DNA from: Octopus vulgaris
Lineage: Eukaryota
DNA length: 64,000 nucleotides
Reading direction: 5' to 3'
NCBI GenBank assembly: GCA_951406725.2
Contig: OX597814.1
Location: 83,328,001-83,392,000 of the forward strand
The position numbers and the translations under genes were made by a program. The number at the start of each line of letters is the position of its first letter. Positions within the stretch are counted from its first letter, which is position 1. Under the pieces are notes generated by a model. It was given only the letters and a program-made list of their open reading frames with translations, searched no databases and was not told the origin of the DNA. Shown here one piece after another: positions 49,179 through 62,220 of this stretch.

Positions 49179-50098
49179 AAGCATCCTGCACTTCTATTAT
49201 CATTTATCAACTAACTAAAAGTCTGCTTTTGTTATAAGTGAATGTCTTCCTTGGAAATTTCATTTTCATTTAATTTCATTTGTCACTGTTGCCCATTTCA
49301 TTCTGACATCATCCATGGAAGACATCGGATATCAATCTCCGCTCTGAAATTACCAAAGTAGATTAATAGACAGAAATCAGTGGTCCACTGAAATGTAAGA
49401 CTTGGGATCTGATCTAGAATTTTCCCCAGGCTATTGGTAAACTGTTTCTTTAATTCAATAATTAATTTCTGTAATGCAATAAGTTTATCCATGTTATTGT
49501 CTCTTGGGTGTTTAGATGCTAGCACCAAAATCCAAAATACATTTCTGTTTGTGTTTTGAGTTATCAACATCATCATCACTGTCATTGTTATTATTATCAT
49601 TAAACATAATTATGTTTTTACTTATCATTAAATAAAATTATTTATTAGAAAAAAAGACGCCACCATTTTAAATGCTTATATATTTAAATATTCAAAATTT
49701 TAACAGAAGAAAGCAAATGCCTCATTCATGAAGGCAGAGGAAAGGGGATGGGTGTGTTTTATTTAGTTTTTCTTTCAATTCAGTTCTATTAGCACACTTT
49801 TCTGTATTTCTGAAATTTATTCTTATTAAATTAGTCTACATTGTTTGAATGATTCACCTAATTTTTTTCTGCTTCTATCTATATTGTTTATTTTCGTAGA
49901 AATAGTATACCTTTCTCTTTAGCTAATATAATATATTGTTTTACATGTATTTGTGTGTGTGACTGTGTGTGTCTATAATTATAAAAAAAACTTTTCGAAT
50001 AAATTTTTACCGATAATGTTTTTTTTCTATACTGAAACTACTTGGTAAAATTTATTAATTATTAAATTGATAATTATTTACCCTATATCTGTAATGAT

Positions 50099-50129
<31 letters not shown>

Positions 50130-50159
50130 CATTTAACATCTGATACACACACACACACA

Positions 50160-51000
50160 TGATAACTATTTAACACCCATTTTCGTCTTTGATGTTTGTA
50201 TGCTTGTATGTTTGACAGGAGCTGGTGAACTAGAAGGCTGTAGCAAGCTCTACTGTTTTATATATCATCATCATATTCATAACTTAATGTCCATTTTCCA
50301 TGCTAGTTTCACAAGAGCTGGCAAGTTAGACAACTGCATCAAACTCTACTCTCTGCTTTGGTTTGGTTTCTATGGTTGGATGCCCTTCCTAATGCAACCA
50401 CTTTACAGGGTCTACTAAGTGCTTTTTATGTGGCACCATAATAGTGAGGTCACTAAATAACTTATAAGGTAAGGCCCCTCAACTGATTGGTGGGTAGTAT
50501 TGAGGGAGGTGGCTTTGTGTCCCGAGATGAAAGTTTAGAGTATGAATGGAGGGACAGAAATGGGTGTCTTGCAGTAAAGGAGATACTTGGCTACTTCAAT
50601 AGGAGAAAGAGGAGGGAAAGAGAAGGAAGAGGTGAGGAAGGTGAAGATATGACAGAGGTAGGGTATATTCAAGTTACAGGGAAGTGTATATAACTGAAGT
50701 GGTACAGAGGATTGGATAGGGTGAGTTTATGAGATTTGGAAAGGAGAGTGGACAGCAAAACAGAGGGAATGTAGTAAATAGACACAACCAGAGGGAGAGG
50801 GTGTTAGGAAGATATGTCGTTGGGGGAAGGGATTCAGCAGTGACAAATTGTGTACAGGTAGGTTTGCAAGGGTGTGAAGGGAAAGTGGGAGATAGAGGGG
50901 ATGAGGACACAGCAAGTGGTGAGCTTGGGTGGCAGGAATAGAAGAGGTATTAGGAAGATGGGTTGTGGGGAAGAGGTGTATCAGTGACAGAGTGTGTGCG
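50160..51000 (-). mobile_element. RTE-tail element(s) with a long body that is purine-rich on +
   Basis: Two reversed tails (50165, 50270), then a G/A-rich tract similar to 38460-38790. Confidence 0.7.
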
Positions 51001-51160
51001 GAGGCATGGACATAAACATATAATATGTATGTGTATGGGGAGAAAATGAGCTTAATGAAGCATTCATCAGATGGATGGATCTCTTTATAAATTACTGTTA
51101 TAATAAACAAGGTCACAACATGTTGAGTACTTTTCCTTTTGTTCATGAAAAGCATTTGCA

Positions 51161-51205
<45 letters not shown>

Positions 51206-51861
51206 TGGAGGTGGCGAGCTGGCAGAATCGTTAGCATGCTAGACAAAATGCTTAGTGGTATTTCACTCATTGCTATGTTCTGAGTTTAAATTCCGCTGAG
51301 GTTGACTTTGCCTTTCATCCTTTCAGGGTATATATATTAAGTACCAGTTGAGTACTGGAGTTGATATAATCGACTTAGCCCTCCCCCAAATTTCAGGCCT
51401 TGTGCCTATACTAGAAAAGATTATCATTATTTTCAATGAAGATGTTGCACAGTATCCAATATCATGTTGTTGTGGATTGAAGATATGTGTATGGGAGATT
51501 TGTACTGAATGTTAAGTCATAACAACTTCAGACAGACAATACTTTATGCAATATGCCTGCAGTTCCAAGTAAAGCTAACTTTTGCTATACACTTAGGTCG
51601 TAGGGTATTATTATTATTTATTATTGCTATTATTATTAAACTGGCAGAATCATTAGCAAGCCAGACAAAATACTTAGCAATATTTCATTTATTTTTACAT
51701 TCTGGGTTCAAATTTCACCAAGGTCAACTTTGCATTTTATCTTTTCAGGGATGATGTAATATGTACCAGTTGAGCACTGGGGGTCAATGTAATCAGCCTA
51801 CCTGCTTCCCCAAAATTACAGGCCTTGTGCCTATAGCAAAAAGGATTATTATTATTATTAT

Positions 51862-51893
<32 letters not shown>

Positions 51894-51895
51894 CT
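51161..51895 (+). mobile_element. Two family-D SINEs (51207-51425, 51635-51860) with (TAT)n and (TAG)n tracts
   Basis: GGCGAGCTGGCAGAATCGTTAGC..GACTTTGCCTTTCATCCTTTCAGGG..GGCCTTGTGCCTATA. Confidence 0.9.
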
Positions 51896-52239
51896 ATTAC
51901 TACCACTTCTACTATATAATGTCTGTGTTTGCTTTTAAAATGCATATATTAATTCTAAAACTAGGTTACATGAATTTTCAAGAGTTTACAAGTACTTTAA
52001 GTATCTGAGATTTTAATCTCCCCAGTTAATGGAAAAAATTTTTATAAATCACACCATTGATTTTTTAAATAGTTTACCTTTCAAAATCATTAAATATGAT
52101 TGTAAGATGAAGGAGGTGGACTACTAATTAATCAGTCATATATTCAGACCACATCATTAACATTGTGCTATCCCTTTAATGAAAGAATACCTATGGGTTC
52201 ATTCATCCAAATCTCTATAACTCAATTAGAATGAATATT

Positions 52240-52505
52240 TATCTTTTATCTTTTACTTGTTTCAGTCATTTGACTGCAGCCATGCTGAAACACCACCTTG
52301 AATGGTTTTAGTAAAATAAATTGACCCCAGGACTTCCATTTATTTTCTAAGTCTGACATTTATTCTAATTGTGTCTTTTGCTGAGCCACTATGTTACAGG
52401 GGCTACAGTAGAAGACATTTACCCAAGGTGCCATGCAGTGGAACTGAACCCGGAACTATGTGGTTGGTAAGTAAGCTTCTTACCACACAACCACACCTGT
52501 GCCTA
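52240..52505 (-). mobile_element. Internally deleted family-B SINE
   Basis: Reverse tail and head motifs joined directly. Confidence 0.85.
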
Positions 52506-52599
52506 TATGCACCTAAATTTGAGGAAAATTTGTAAAATAGTTAAGTTAGGTGATGACTTGCTTGGTCATTAATTATGGTACAGAGATTGCTTTTAAAAT

Positions 52600-53372
52600 T
52601 TAACTTTACTGCTTTTGTTACCACATTTCTGTTGAAATACACTATTTTTCTTTCAGTTTAGTTGGAAAATAACAATGAATTTAGTAAAAAAATAACTTTG
52701 TCATTATTAAGCTGGTGTTTAAACAAATTAATTAACATGAAATTTTAATTTAGATCACTTTAAAACAGGTTGTTTAAGCCATAGGCTCAAGGGCAGTCTT
52801 GGGCAAGTTGGTATCAAAAGGGTTAGGTATGTGTAGTTAAGAAGTTTCCTTCACAACTATGTTGTTTTGGGTGCACAGTACTCCAGAAATGTGTCTTCTG
52901 TCATAGTTTACATGTGTCAAAGCTTGGTGAGTGGAATTTGGGAAATAGAATTGGTTGCCAAACAATGAGATTGTTTCTGTTCTTAGATAGTAGACTTAGT
53001 ATGTCACCCTGTTTAACATCACTACTTGACTGATGAATACTTTTAGCAGCATATACTTTGTTGCAACCATTCAGGCCAAGTCCTCAGTCTGGAAGGTTCT
53101 GAAAAGGCTTTAGGTGCTGCCTTTCCTCCTTTGAATGACTCATGAAAGAGAATTTAACTATTTAGCATTCAGAATACTTTGACAAATGCGATGATTATTT
53201 ATTCACATTGTTTTGAATTAATTCCGCTATCTTGTAGCCTTGAGATTTCAATGATGTAATTGTTTATTTTTAGAATAATATTCTAAGGTGAGTTGGATCT
53301 AGTCAGTTTGCATGTAAAACAGGATAGAATATTTTGGGCTGAATATGGTCAGTTTAAATGTTAAAGGATTAA
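52600..53372. mobile_element. Cluster: piggyBac-type MITE family 2 (52600-52825), SINE B head (52826-52945), MITE family 1 reversed (53154-53372)
   Basis: Homology to 12843-13047 and 3396-3611; TTAA termini. Confidence 0.72.
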
Positions 53373-56300
53373 TTTATATGATAAATTTTCAATCCCAATT
53401 AATAGTTTACTGCAACAACCTAAGACATCCCTTTTAACTTAAAAAAGAAAAAAAAACACTGCTGCATATTTAGTCTCATTCCTATGTTAGATATGACTAA
53501 ATAAGTTCTGTAAATTTTTTTGTAAAAGTAATTGCATAACAGTTCCAACAAACCTCTAAACTTCTAGAGACATTCAACCCATGCAGGAATTGTAAACTAA
53601 TTATTTTATTCAATTGAAATTAGATATTCTATTGTTCATTAAAAAGGACAATAGTATTTTTATCGAGATAATGTATGGAAAATACAAAAATGAAAAAAGA
53701 AATTAAATCTGATTTAGAAAGCTTTCAACTTAGAAAGCACCATCTGAAAACCTAGTCTTTTATAAATAGGTGACCTGTATTCTTTAAAATGGAATGATAT
53801 CAGAAGCAGTTATTGATTGATAAAGAAATATATTAACATTTAACAGAGCAGTAATACCTGTAATATGAGACAGAGTATTGTGATATTTTTAAAATACAAG
53901 TCAAGCATTTGTGTAACTGTTATTATTATTTGGCCTCAAGTCAGTCTTGATTAAACAAATGGACTTGTGCTCAAAGGCATTTCAACCATGTCCAACCAAT
54001 CTTATTTTCTTTTCTCTGGTATACTGTATTTAGGATTCTATATATTCCAATGTGCCTTTTTTTAAGATGATAGATTAAGATTTGAGGGAATTTGGCTGTT
54101 GTTTCTAACAAGTTGAAGAATCACAGACTCCTTTGTTGGTTGATTTGAGAGTCTATAGTACCTGTGTAAATTTAAAGTAATTAAAAAGTTATTCAGTATT
54201 GACTTTAAGCATGTTAAATTATGATGGAGGTACTAATCAATTCATTAGAATTTAAAAAATGGTATTTATTTACTCCTCACATGTGTGCATAATTGCTGTC
54301 AGTGATCTGAATTGTTTAATGAGAATAGCAGTTGCGATTTTCATGTCATTCCCAGGTACATCAGGGGAACACATAAAATGAAAGAGCTACAGTCAGAAAC
54401 CTAAGCCATGATGCAGACTGTTAACTGAGATTTTACTGCCTACATTAAGCTACTAATGGGCTGAGAAGCTCACTAGTTTGTATCTCAATGTAAGGCAGAA
54501 AATTTATAACCTCACACAGAACCCAGAGTCTGTAAAAACTAGTGGCAATCTGCTTCAACAAAAACATTCTGCCTGCATCTTGTCAGGGTTATGCAAAACT
54601 AGTAACAGGCCCAAGCCAGATATGAAATATAGGCTTCATTTCAAATGATAACAAGCTCAGACTAGGTGTAAAATGTAGGCCCAATTTCATATTACTCATG
54701 AAATATTTCAGTAATCAGTGTTAAATACATACATGTGTGTATAATGTACAAAATAGGACAAAAATGTATTATAAATAGGTAATTCTTTACCAAAGGTTCC
54801 TCTTCCCTTTGTTTCTGACTAATAAAGAAGACTTTCTTAAAGATATAAGATCATAACAAATGTGTTTGCATTCTGTGAACCATCAGAATTCTCATTTCCC
54901 ACAACATACAAAATTCTACTTTTCAAACCTGATGTATCATAATTTGACATTTTTTTTTTTTTTACTTTTGTTTTTCTCTTTTAACCTTTTGCATCCATTT
55001 TTAAAGACAGTTTACCAAAAGCGATAAAATTGGAAAATTCTCTCCACTCCTAGTATCTTGCCAATTTCAATGGTAGAAATTTCAAACAAAATAAAGATCC
55101 TTGTATGTTGGAACACTGCTCCCAAAATTTCAGACTAATTGTAGTTCTTTTCTATGTTAACCCTGACATTGTGGGAAAGAAATGAGATGAGAAAAATAAT
55201 TGCTCCACAATATGAGCAGCTACACAACTGGTACCAACACAAGAAGAATACAGAATATAGTTTTAAATTACTGAACCCTTTTGATACCAATGTGTTTGAA
55301 ACTCCCTATGAAAATAAGACCTATCATTTTAAAGTGTTTGTAATTAATTCAAAAGTGCCCATCATAATTTTATGGAAGAATATCATGTGTTCTGCTTAAA
55401 TAAGTTAGTTATTTTATGAAAATTCCTTTAAATTCTATTAATTTCAAAATTAACTGAAGTATATAGTGAGTTTCATTAGAAATATGGTTTGTAAAAGATT
55501 AAACATGCCTGCTCACATTCTGAGAATATTCATGTTTACTCAGTTGTCTTACCTTCTAGTTACTCTACTTGCCTTTCTCTAGAGATAATCAGATAAGTTT
55601 TAATATCAGCTTCTGATTTTTGACTTGTTACTAACTTTCTGCATTTTAGAGGTGAGGAAGTAGGAAATTGTGATATTCATGCATTACTAATAAGCACTAG
55701 AAGTGTGAGCAAATTAAAATGGCTTCAAACCAGAATCAGAATCAAATTCTGAACTCCACAGTTTTGCTACAGTCAAGTTTAATATCACAGCCTGCATTGG
55801 AATACTCTGCATTGTAATTCTTTTATACACTCAAAATTGTAATTCTTCTATACTGTGTTCACTGCAGTAAAAGAAATATCATGATGATGATTTTCTAGTT
55901 TAATTAATATCATTCTACAACTACATCTCTGCTATATATAATTCATAATCAAAGCAGTAACCATATTCTAAATTTTATCTTTACTATGCATTGATTCAGT
56001 CGCTAATATTTTGGTAAGGTATAGCTTGATTATACATCTACTGAAGATCTAAGTGAGAATAAAGAATCCATATTTATTTCTTGTAGTTGCAAAAGAAAAA
56101 TATTAATATATTTTATTTTTTCACAACATATTTGATCTTGATATAGCACTGTTGATTTTTAATGCTGTAAATGTAAAAAGTAGCATTTATCATTTATATG
56201 ACACCTAATAATTGTCTAATTTCTAAACACTTCTCTTTCTATTTTGCATACATAGGTATGCATTTCTGTGTATTTATTTAGTAATTTAACCCTGAATATT

Positions 56301-56809
56301 TCAGCTGGTACAGTGTAATTATACTTTTAGTGAAAACCCCAAGCACGAGTAAAATACACATAGTTATTTTTCATACTTACCACTAAAAAAAGTATCTGCA
56401 ATCAATATTGTTTTTCTTCACATATTTGATCTTGAACAATTTTTAATGTTCTAAACATTAAAATAACTTTCATCCATCAAAGCAGCTTACCTTTGCATTG
56501 CAGGTATTATTACTACCATCAATGTAATATTACTGTACACAGTATTGCAACTCTGCTGTACAGATGTCTTCAAAATGAAACACCACAGTTTATTTGTGAT
56601 TTATCATGCTAATATGACAGTCATTAAAATAATGATTTCCTCACAACATCCTACATTGTATATTTGATACACGATATAGACACTACAACAGCTGCCTCTT
56701 CTCAGTTCTTAACTAGAATCAGCTTAAAAATTAGACTTTCAAAGCAAAATTATACAAGCACCTCAGTAAATATTGAGGTATTAGAACCTATATTGCTCAC
56801 AATATCATA

Positions 56810-57027
56810 GAGGTGGCAAGTTGGCAGAATTGTTATCATGTCAGGCCAAATGCTTTGCGGCATTTTGTCCATCCTTATGTTCTGAGTTCAAATTCCACTA
56901 AAGTTGACTTTACTTTTCATCCTTTCGGCGTCAATAAAATAAGTACCAGTTGAGGAGTAGGGTCAATGTAATCAACTTAGCCCCTCCTCCAAAGTTGCTG
57001 GCCTTGTGCCAAAATTTGAAACCAGTA
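56810..57027 (+). mobile_element. SINE family D
   Basis: D motifs including CTTTTCATCCTTTCGGCGTCAATAAAATAAGTACCAGTTGAG. Confidence 0.9.
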
Positions 57028-59274
57028 ATCACAAACATTTAAACTTTTCTTGGTGCATCAATACTTATTTCCCCATGGTATACGAGCTCTGGTTTTATGA
57101 CATTTAACAACTGGTAGAATTCTAGTCTACCATGGATAACATTTTCAAATTAACTTGGAGCCTAAACAAAGTAGAATGATATTCAATACAGAAACAATGA
57201 AATATCTCCATAAGATTTGAACTTACAATCTATAAACAAGTTGTCCAATACTTTATCCACTCAACTATTAATTCTCAAGATAGTATAGATGAAATATTTT
57301 CTCAAATCCTACAAGCCAAAAGTTCTAAATTTTGATGAGATAGTAAAAGGAGATGAGGTACAAGGCTATGAGTTCACACTTTCATAAGACTTAATTTTAC
57401 ATTGACTCAGTTTATCAGGTCTCTATGAGATAAACTGATACTCTATTTTGGCAGGGATTTCACTCTCATCTGCTTACCACAACTATGAATAAAAACTAGA
57501 ATCCAAGTAAACTAGCGATACTATGCACTGGCTAAAACCATTTGAATGTCATGGGGAGATAAGTACTAATGTTTCCAGAAAAAGCTCTTTACCAAGAAAA
57601 AAATATTTTTTAAATGTTTATATTAGCAATGGTGTTTAGATTTTAATATGTCTCTATTTATATAACTGAATTGTTTATGTGAAAATTCAATTGACAATTC
57701 GATTTTTTAGCTATACACCTTGACAATTCAATTTGTTAGCTAGTTTTACTCATAAATTTTCAAAACACTACATTACAGGCCCTATAACTCCTTAAAATAT
57801 GTAAATATTTATCTAAACAACCCCATGTGAATCACAAATGGAATAGCAATTTTTTGGTTTACTCAAGTTGACTTTATAGATCTTTATTAAAAAGATTTTT
57901 ATGAATTATGTATCTGTTATCCCTTTCAAGCAGTCATATAAAATAGCTAAATAGAATGAAAAAATGTGTCAGTTAATCAATCAAATTAATTAGTAAAATT
58001 TACAATTTATTATTAAAATTCACTGCTTCACTAATGTGAGAAAAATAGAACTTTGTCTGTCTATTTTCTTGAAGTACTTGGCAAGTAACTGGTTTCTATC
58101 TGTTAAAGAAATGAAGTAATATCCCTTAAATTTTTTGCTGAAGTTCCTGAGTTAATGTTTACCTAACATGGCAAAGAAAGATAGGGACACAATGTGTATA
58201 CCAAGCTAAATATCATAAATATTAGAAGGTAAATTTGATATTTTGTTCATAAAATAAATTAATTAGAAATGTTTATAAGTAAATTAGCAATGTTTATATG
58301 ATGCTTACAAATAAAGCAGAAAATAAGAAATAGATTCAGATATAGTTACAAAAAGAACAGCACAGTGTAGTAATGGTTTCTAATTTAGACACAAGGCCAT
58401 CGAAAGTATGGTATTACAGCAACCATGCAGCATACTTTAGCAAAGGTAGGCCCTACTGATTACTCACTCAATCTTATGCTATATTTGTTGTTATAGTTAT
58501 TGAGCCACAGGTCAGCAGTGGCTAAGCAAACCTATAATCAAAGACATTCTAATCATGACCAACTCATCTTTTAGTCAATGTATCTAAGACAAAATTATCT
58601 AATGTGTTCTACATTATTTTAAAGACTGTTGGTTGTAACTTGAGGGAGATCTAGCTGTTGTTTCTAGCAGGTTAAAAAATTACATAGATGTCTTGTCAGC
58701 TGGTTGTAGAACCCAAATTAAGTAAAGATATTTTACAATTGGTTACTTAAACACCAATTTAATAAGTTAGAATAAATTATTAAGATATTGTCTACTTAAA
58801 ACTAATAAATTTATTAAATTTATTAAATGACTTTTCAGGACATATGATGCACACTACTAATACGCCCCAAAAAGAGTTATCTCTCAATAGATAAATAATA
58901 TCAATGTATTCATTCACATAGTAATGAAACAAAGATAGTAATAATACGTGAAAACCTATCAAGTGTTGGAACATCTTTATATAGACAAACTTTGTACTAT
59001 TTTATGTGAATAAATATGTAAACACAAATATATTTTTGTGTACATGTGACTAAATTCATGATTGCAAACCAATTGCTTATTGATTTTTATACAGCTACAA
59101 ACAACTTGAATTTAGTGGAATGATGCCAAAAATAGGGAATCTTTAACTCTGTTACAAAGAAGATAATTCAAAAATTTATATCCCAAGTTTACGTGTCTGT
59201 AGAAAATTCTACAACTATATTAGTTTGAAATAGAGGATGCTCTCCAACTGTATTTCTGGAATCAGTTACTGAAA

Positions 59275-59645
59275 CATCATCATCATTATTTAACGTCCAA
59301 TTTTCCATGGGTTGGATGGAGTTTGTTTGAAGCAGATTTTCTGTGTCCAGATACCCTTCCTGTCACCAACCCTCACTTCTTTTCAAGCAAGGTAATATTT
59401 CCCTATGGCCAGACATGTTCTCACAGAATATTGGAAATGATGATGCTTGTATGTCAGTGACAATCATTTACAACTATCATGCCATGTCAAGACAAGGAGA
59501 CAAAAACACACACATGCAGCAAGATTCTTTCAGCTTCTGTCTACCAAATCCACTCACAAGGCTTTTGGTCAGCTTGGAGACACTCACCCAAGATTCCACA
59601 CAGTGTGACTGGGAAGCAAACTTCCTAACACACAGCCAGACCTGA
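59275..59645 (-). mobile_element. SINE family C
   Basis: CATCATCATTATTTAACGTCC.. reversed tail through CTACCAAATCCACTCACAAGGCTTT. Confidence 0.85.
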
Positions 59646-60529
59646 TAGAAAAACATTATAAGACAGAACTAGAATATTTCAGAATAAACTGAGGAATTCT
59701 TCATTGAACCATTCATAATAATTAATCACAATTAGTTTATTTATCTGTCTCATCCCACTAAATTGTATAGGAGTATTTGTAAGCATTTAATTATTGTTCC
59801 TTGCATCCAATCACAACTTTTCACTCATCTTTTATAGATGCTGAAAAAGTTATGTATATTGGATTCATATCATTCTATCTTGGAGGTCAGTATAGACTTG
59901 AACTCAAAGCTGGAGATTACTTAATTGCATTATTGTTATAGGAAAAGAGATACATTGGACAGTAGACTTAATTTGTTATCTAGTTTAACACCATCACCAC
60001 CATCAATAACAACAACAGGCCCTTAGGTGCTTTTTAGTGGAATCTACTTTGTTGCAAGCATTCATATCAGGTCTCCAGTCTGAAGATAACTCAATATCCT
60101 ATTATATTGCTTTCTACTGCAATAATCTATGAGTCATGGTTTCTTCTTCCTTTCCCCTCACTAGTCTCAGAGGTCCTAGAAAGGTGATAGACTCTGTCCT
60201 TCTTCAAACTAAACCATAAAGTTTAAAGCTGTATTTATAATAAAAAGCAGAATGTTTATAATAAATTTTCACTTTAAGTGTTCATTTAAATGTTTTGAAT
60301 AACCACGTCAGCTTGAAGATGATAGTGAAAGCTTGAAGATTTATAGTGAAAGAAGAAATGGAGGTTAAAAAGTATTGGGAAACACAGCAGAATCTCACTT
60401 TCATGTTGTACAAGAATTAAAAAATAAAGTATTGCAAAATATTGCCTTATGTTGGTTGTGCAAGATCCACAGATAAATTTAAGAGTGTGTGTATGTGCAT
60501 GTGTATGTATCATGTTTGTATGTGTAAGG

Positions 60530-60768
60530 GCAGATGGCGTAGTGGTTAGGGTATTGCACTCATGATCGCATGAGTGTGGATTCAATTCCTGGACTAGGCA
60601 GTGCATTGTACTCTGTGATCACCTCAACATCTGACATGTGGCACATTGTACGTCTGTACAGGCAATGTTGATTTGATGGAGGCACTAAGCTTATGTACAG
60701 CACAAGCATTCTATCACTATAAACAAACCATCTGTACAGGTTGTTCAAAAAATTGCAGAACTTCAGGG
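60530..60768 (+). mobile_element. tRNA-derived SINE (head related to family A, different body)
   Basis: A-box TGGCGTAGTGGTTAGG; B-box GGATTCAATTCC. Confidence 0.75.
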
Positions 60769-60769
60769 A

Positions 60770-60770
60770 C

Positions 60771-60815
<45 letters not shown>

Positions 60816-61160
60816 GCAGTAAGCACCATTCATGCATGGGTCGTTGTGCCACCTGTCTGGCTCCCCATGTTGGTGGCACGTAAAAAGCACCATCCTAACG
60901 TGATTAATGCCAGCCCCCTGCACCAACTGGCTCCTGTGCCGGTGGCATGTAAAAAGCACTATCTGAACGTGGCTGATACCAGTGCCACCTGACTGGCTCC
61001 CATGCCATTGGCATATAAAAAGTATCCACTACACTCTTTGAGTGGTTGGCATTAGGAAGGACATCCAACTGTAGAAACATTGCCAGATCAGATTGGAGCC
61101 AGTCAAACCATCCAATCCATGCCAGCATGGAAAGCAGGCATTAAACGATGATGATGATGA
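60770..61160 (+). mobile_element. (TAT)n tract followed by a family-E RTE-tail element
   Basis: Repeated GGTGGCAyGTAAAAAGCAC units; tail CCATGCCAGCATGGAAAGC..TTAAACGATGATGATG. Confidence 0.88.
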
Positions 61161-61438
61161 CACACACACATTATTGTTTTAGTGTCCATTTTTCCAAGCT
61201 TGCATTGGTGGGTCACACAAAATTCATTGAGGCAGATTTTCTAGAGCTGAATGCTCTTCCTGTTGTCAACCTTCACCTGGTTCCAAATCTAAGAATTCAG
61301 AAAAACCTATTCACTTGTATATTTGTCAACAGAGTAGGTATTTTAATTAAATAATACAGTATTGTAGATCCATTGTAGCCAATCTTATCAATCAGCATTG
61401 AACTGGGTATCAAATATCTGGATATTAGATAACAACAT

Positions 61439-61522
61439 AGTTAAGTAAGACCACATACTCCTCAGAGATTTATTTTTCTTCCATATCTTCCATCTCTGAA
61501 GAGTACATGGCATTATTTAACT
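61439..61522. repeat. 84-nt imperfect hairpin (31-bp arms, 22-nt loop)
   Basis: AGTTAAGTAAGACCACATACTCCTCAGAGAT / ATCTCTGAAGAGTACATGGCATTATTTAACT. Confidence 0.85.
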
Positions 61523-61614
61523 CTGCTGCTGTTATCTCCCTATGTGAGAGCAATTTGTAAGATCAAAGGATATAGACCTATAATATTGTATACTATGATT
61601 AACATATGTATATT

Positions 61615-61818
61615 CCTTTACTTATTTCAGTCATTTGACTGTGGCCATGCTGGATACCGCCTTTAGTCAAACAAATCGACCCGAGGACTTATTCTTTGTA
61701 AGTCTAGTACTTATTCTATTGGTCTCTTTTGCCAAACCACTAAGTTATGGGGACATAAACACACCAACATTGGTTGTCAGCTAATGGTGGTGGGGACAAA
61801 CACAGACACACAAATACA

Positions 61819-61905
<87 letters not shown>

Positions 61906-62038
61906 TATATATACGATAGGCTTCTTTCAAAGCTATAATAGAAGACACTTGTCCAAGGTGCCACGCCACGCAGGAGGAGTGAACCCAGAACCATGTAGTT
62001 GGGAAGCAAGCTTCTTACCACACAGCCACTCTGTACCT
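61615..62038 (-). mobile_element. Family-B SINE with internal (CT)(AT)(AAT) tract
   Basis: Reverse B motifs with several intact CpGs. Confidence 0.9.
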
Positions 62039-62153
62039 ATATATATATATATATATATTGGTTTGGCCTATGCTTGCTTTTTTCCACTATTTCAATGTCA
62101 CCTGATCGAGAAGTGGAGGTACGTAGCATTTGATAAATCTATTTTAGTGGAAG

Positions 62154-62220
62154 TTGACACTGACGAAAGACATGGAATTTATATTTTATTATATTCCTAA
62201 TCTAGAAACGCGTTCGTAAA
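62154..62220 (+). ncRNA. Hammerhead-like motif with a long helix II, in a CpG-retaining repeat remnant (about 62060-62400)
   Basis: CTGACGA (62160-66), AGA..GGAAT/ATTCC..TCT stem, GAAA (62205-08), palindromic ACGCGT, then T. Helix I is imperfect. Confidence 0.5.

Noticed and set aside
55783-55806. TATCACAGCCTGCATTGG resembles the miR-2 family mature sequence
   Set aside because: No upstream arm complementary to it (a GCTGTGATA-like sequence is absent), so no pre-miRNA hairpin; no miR-71 or other miR-2 copies nearby.
60850-61030. Regularly spaced GGTGGCAyGTAAAAAGCAC repeats, superficially CRISPR-like
   Set aside because: Internal repeats of the family-E/RTE 3' UTR, also seen at 17820-17900 and 32560-32700; eukaryotic context with no cas genes.
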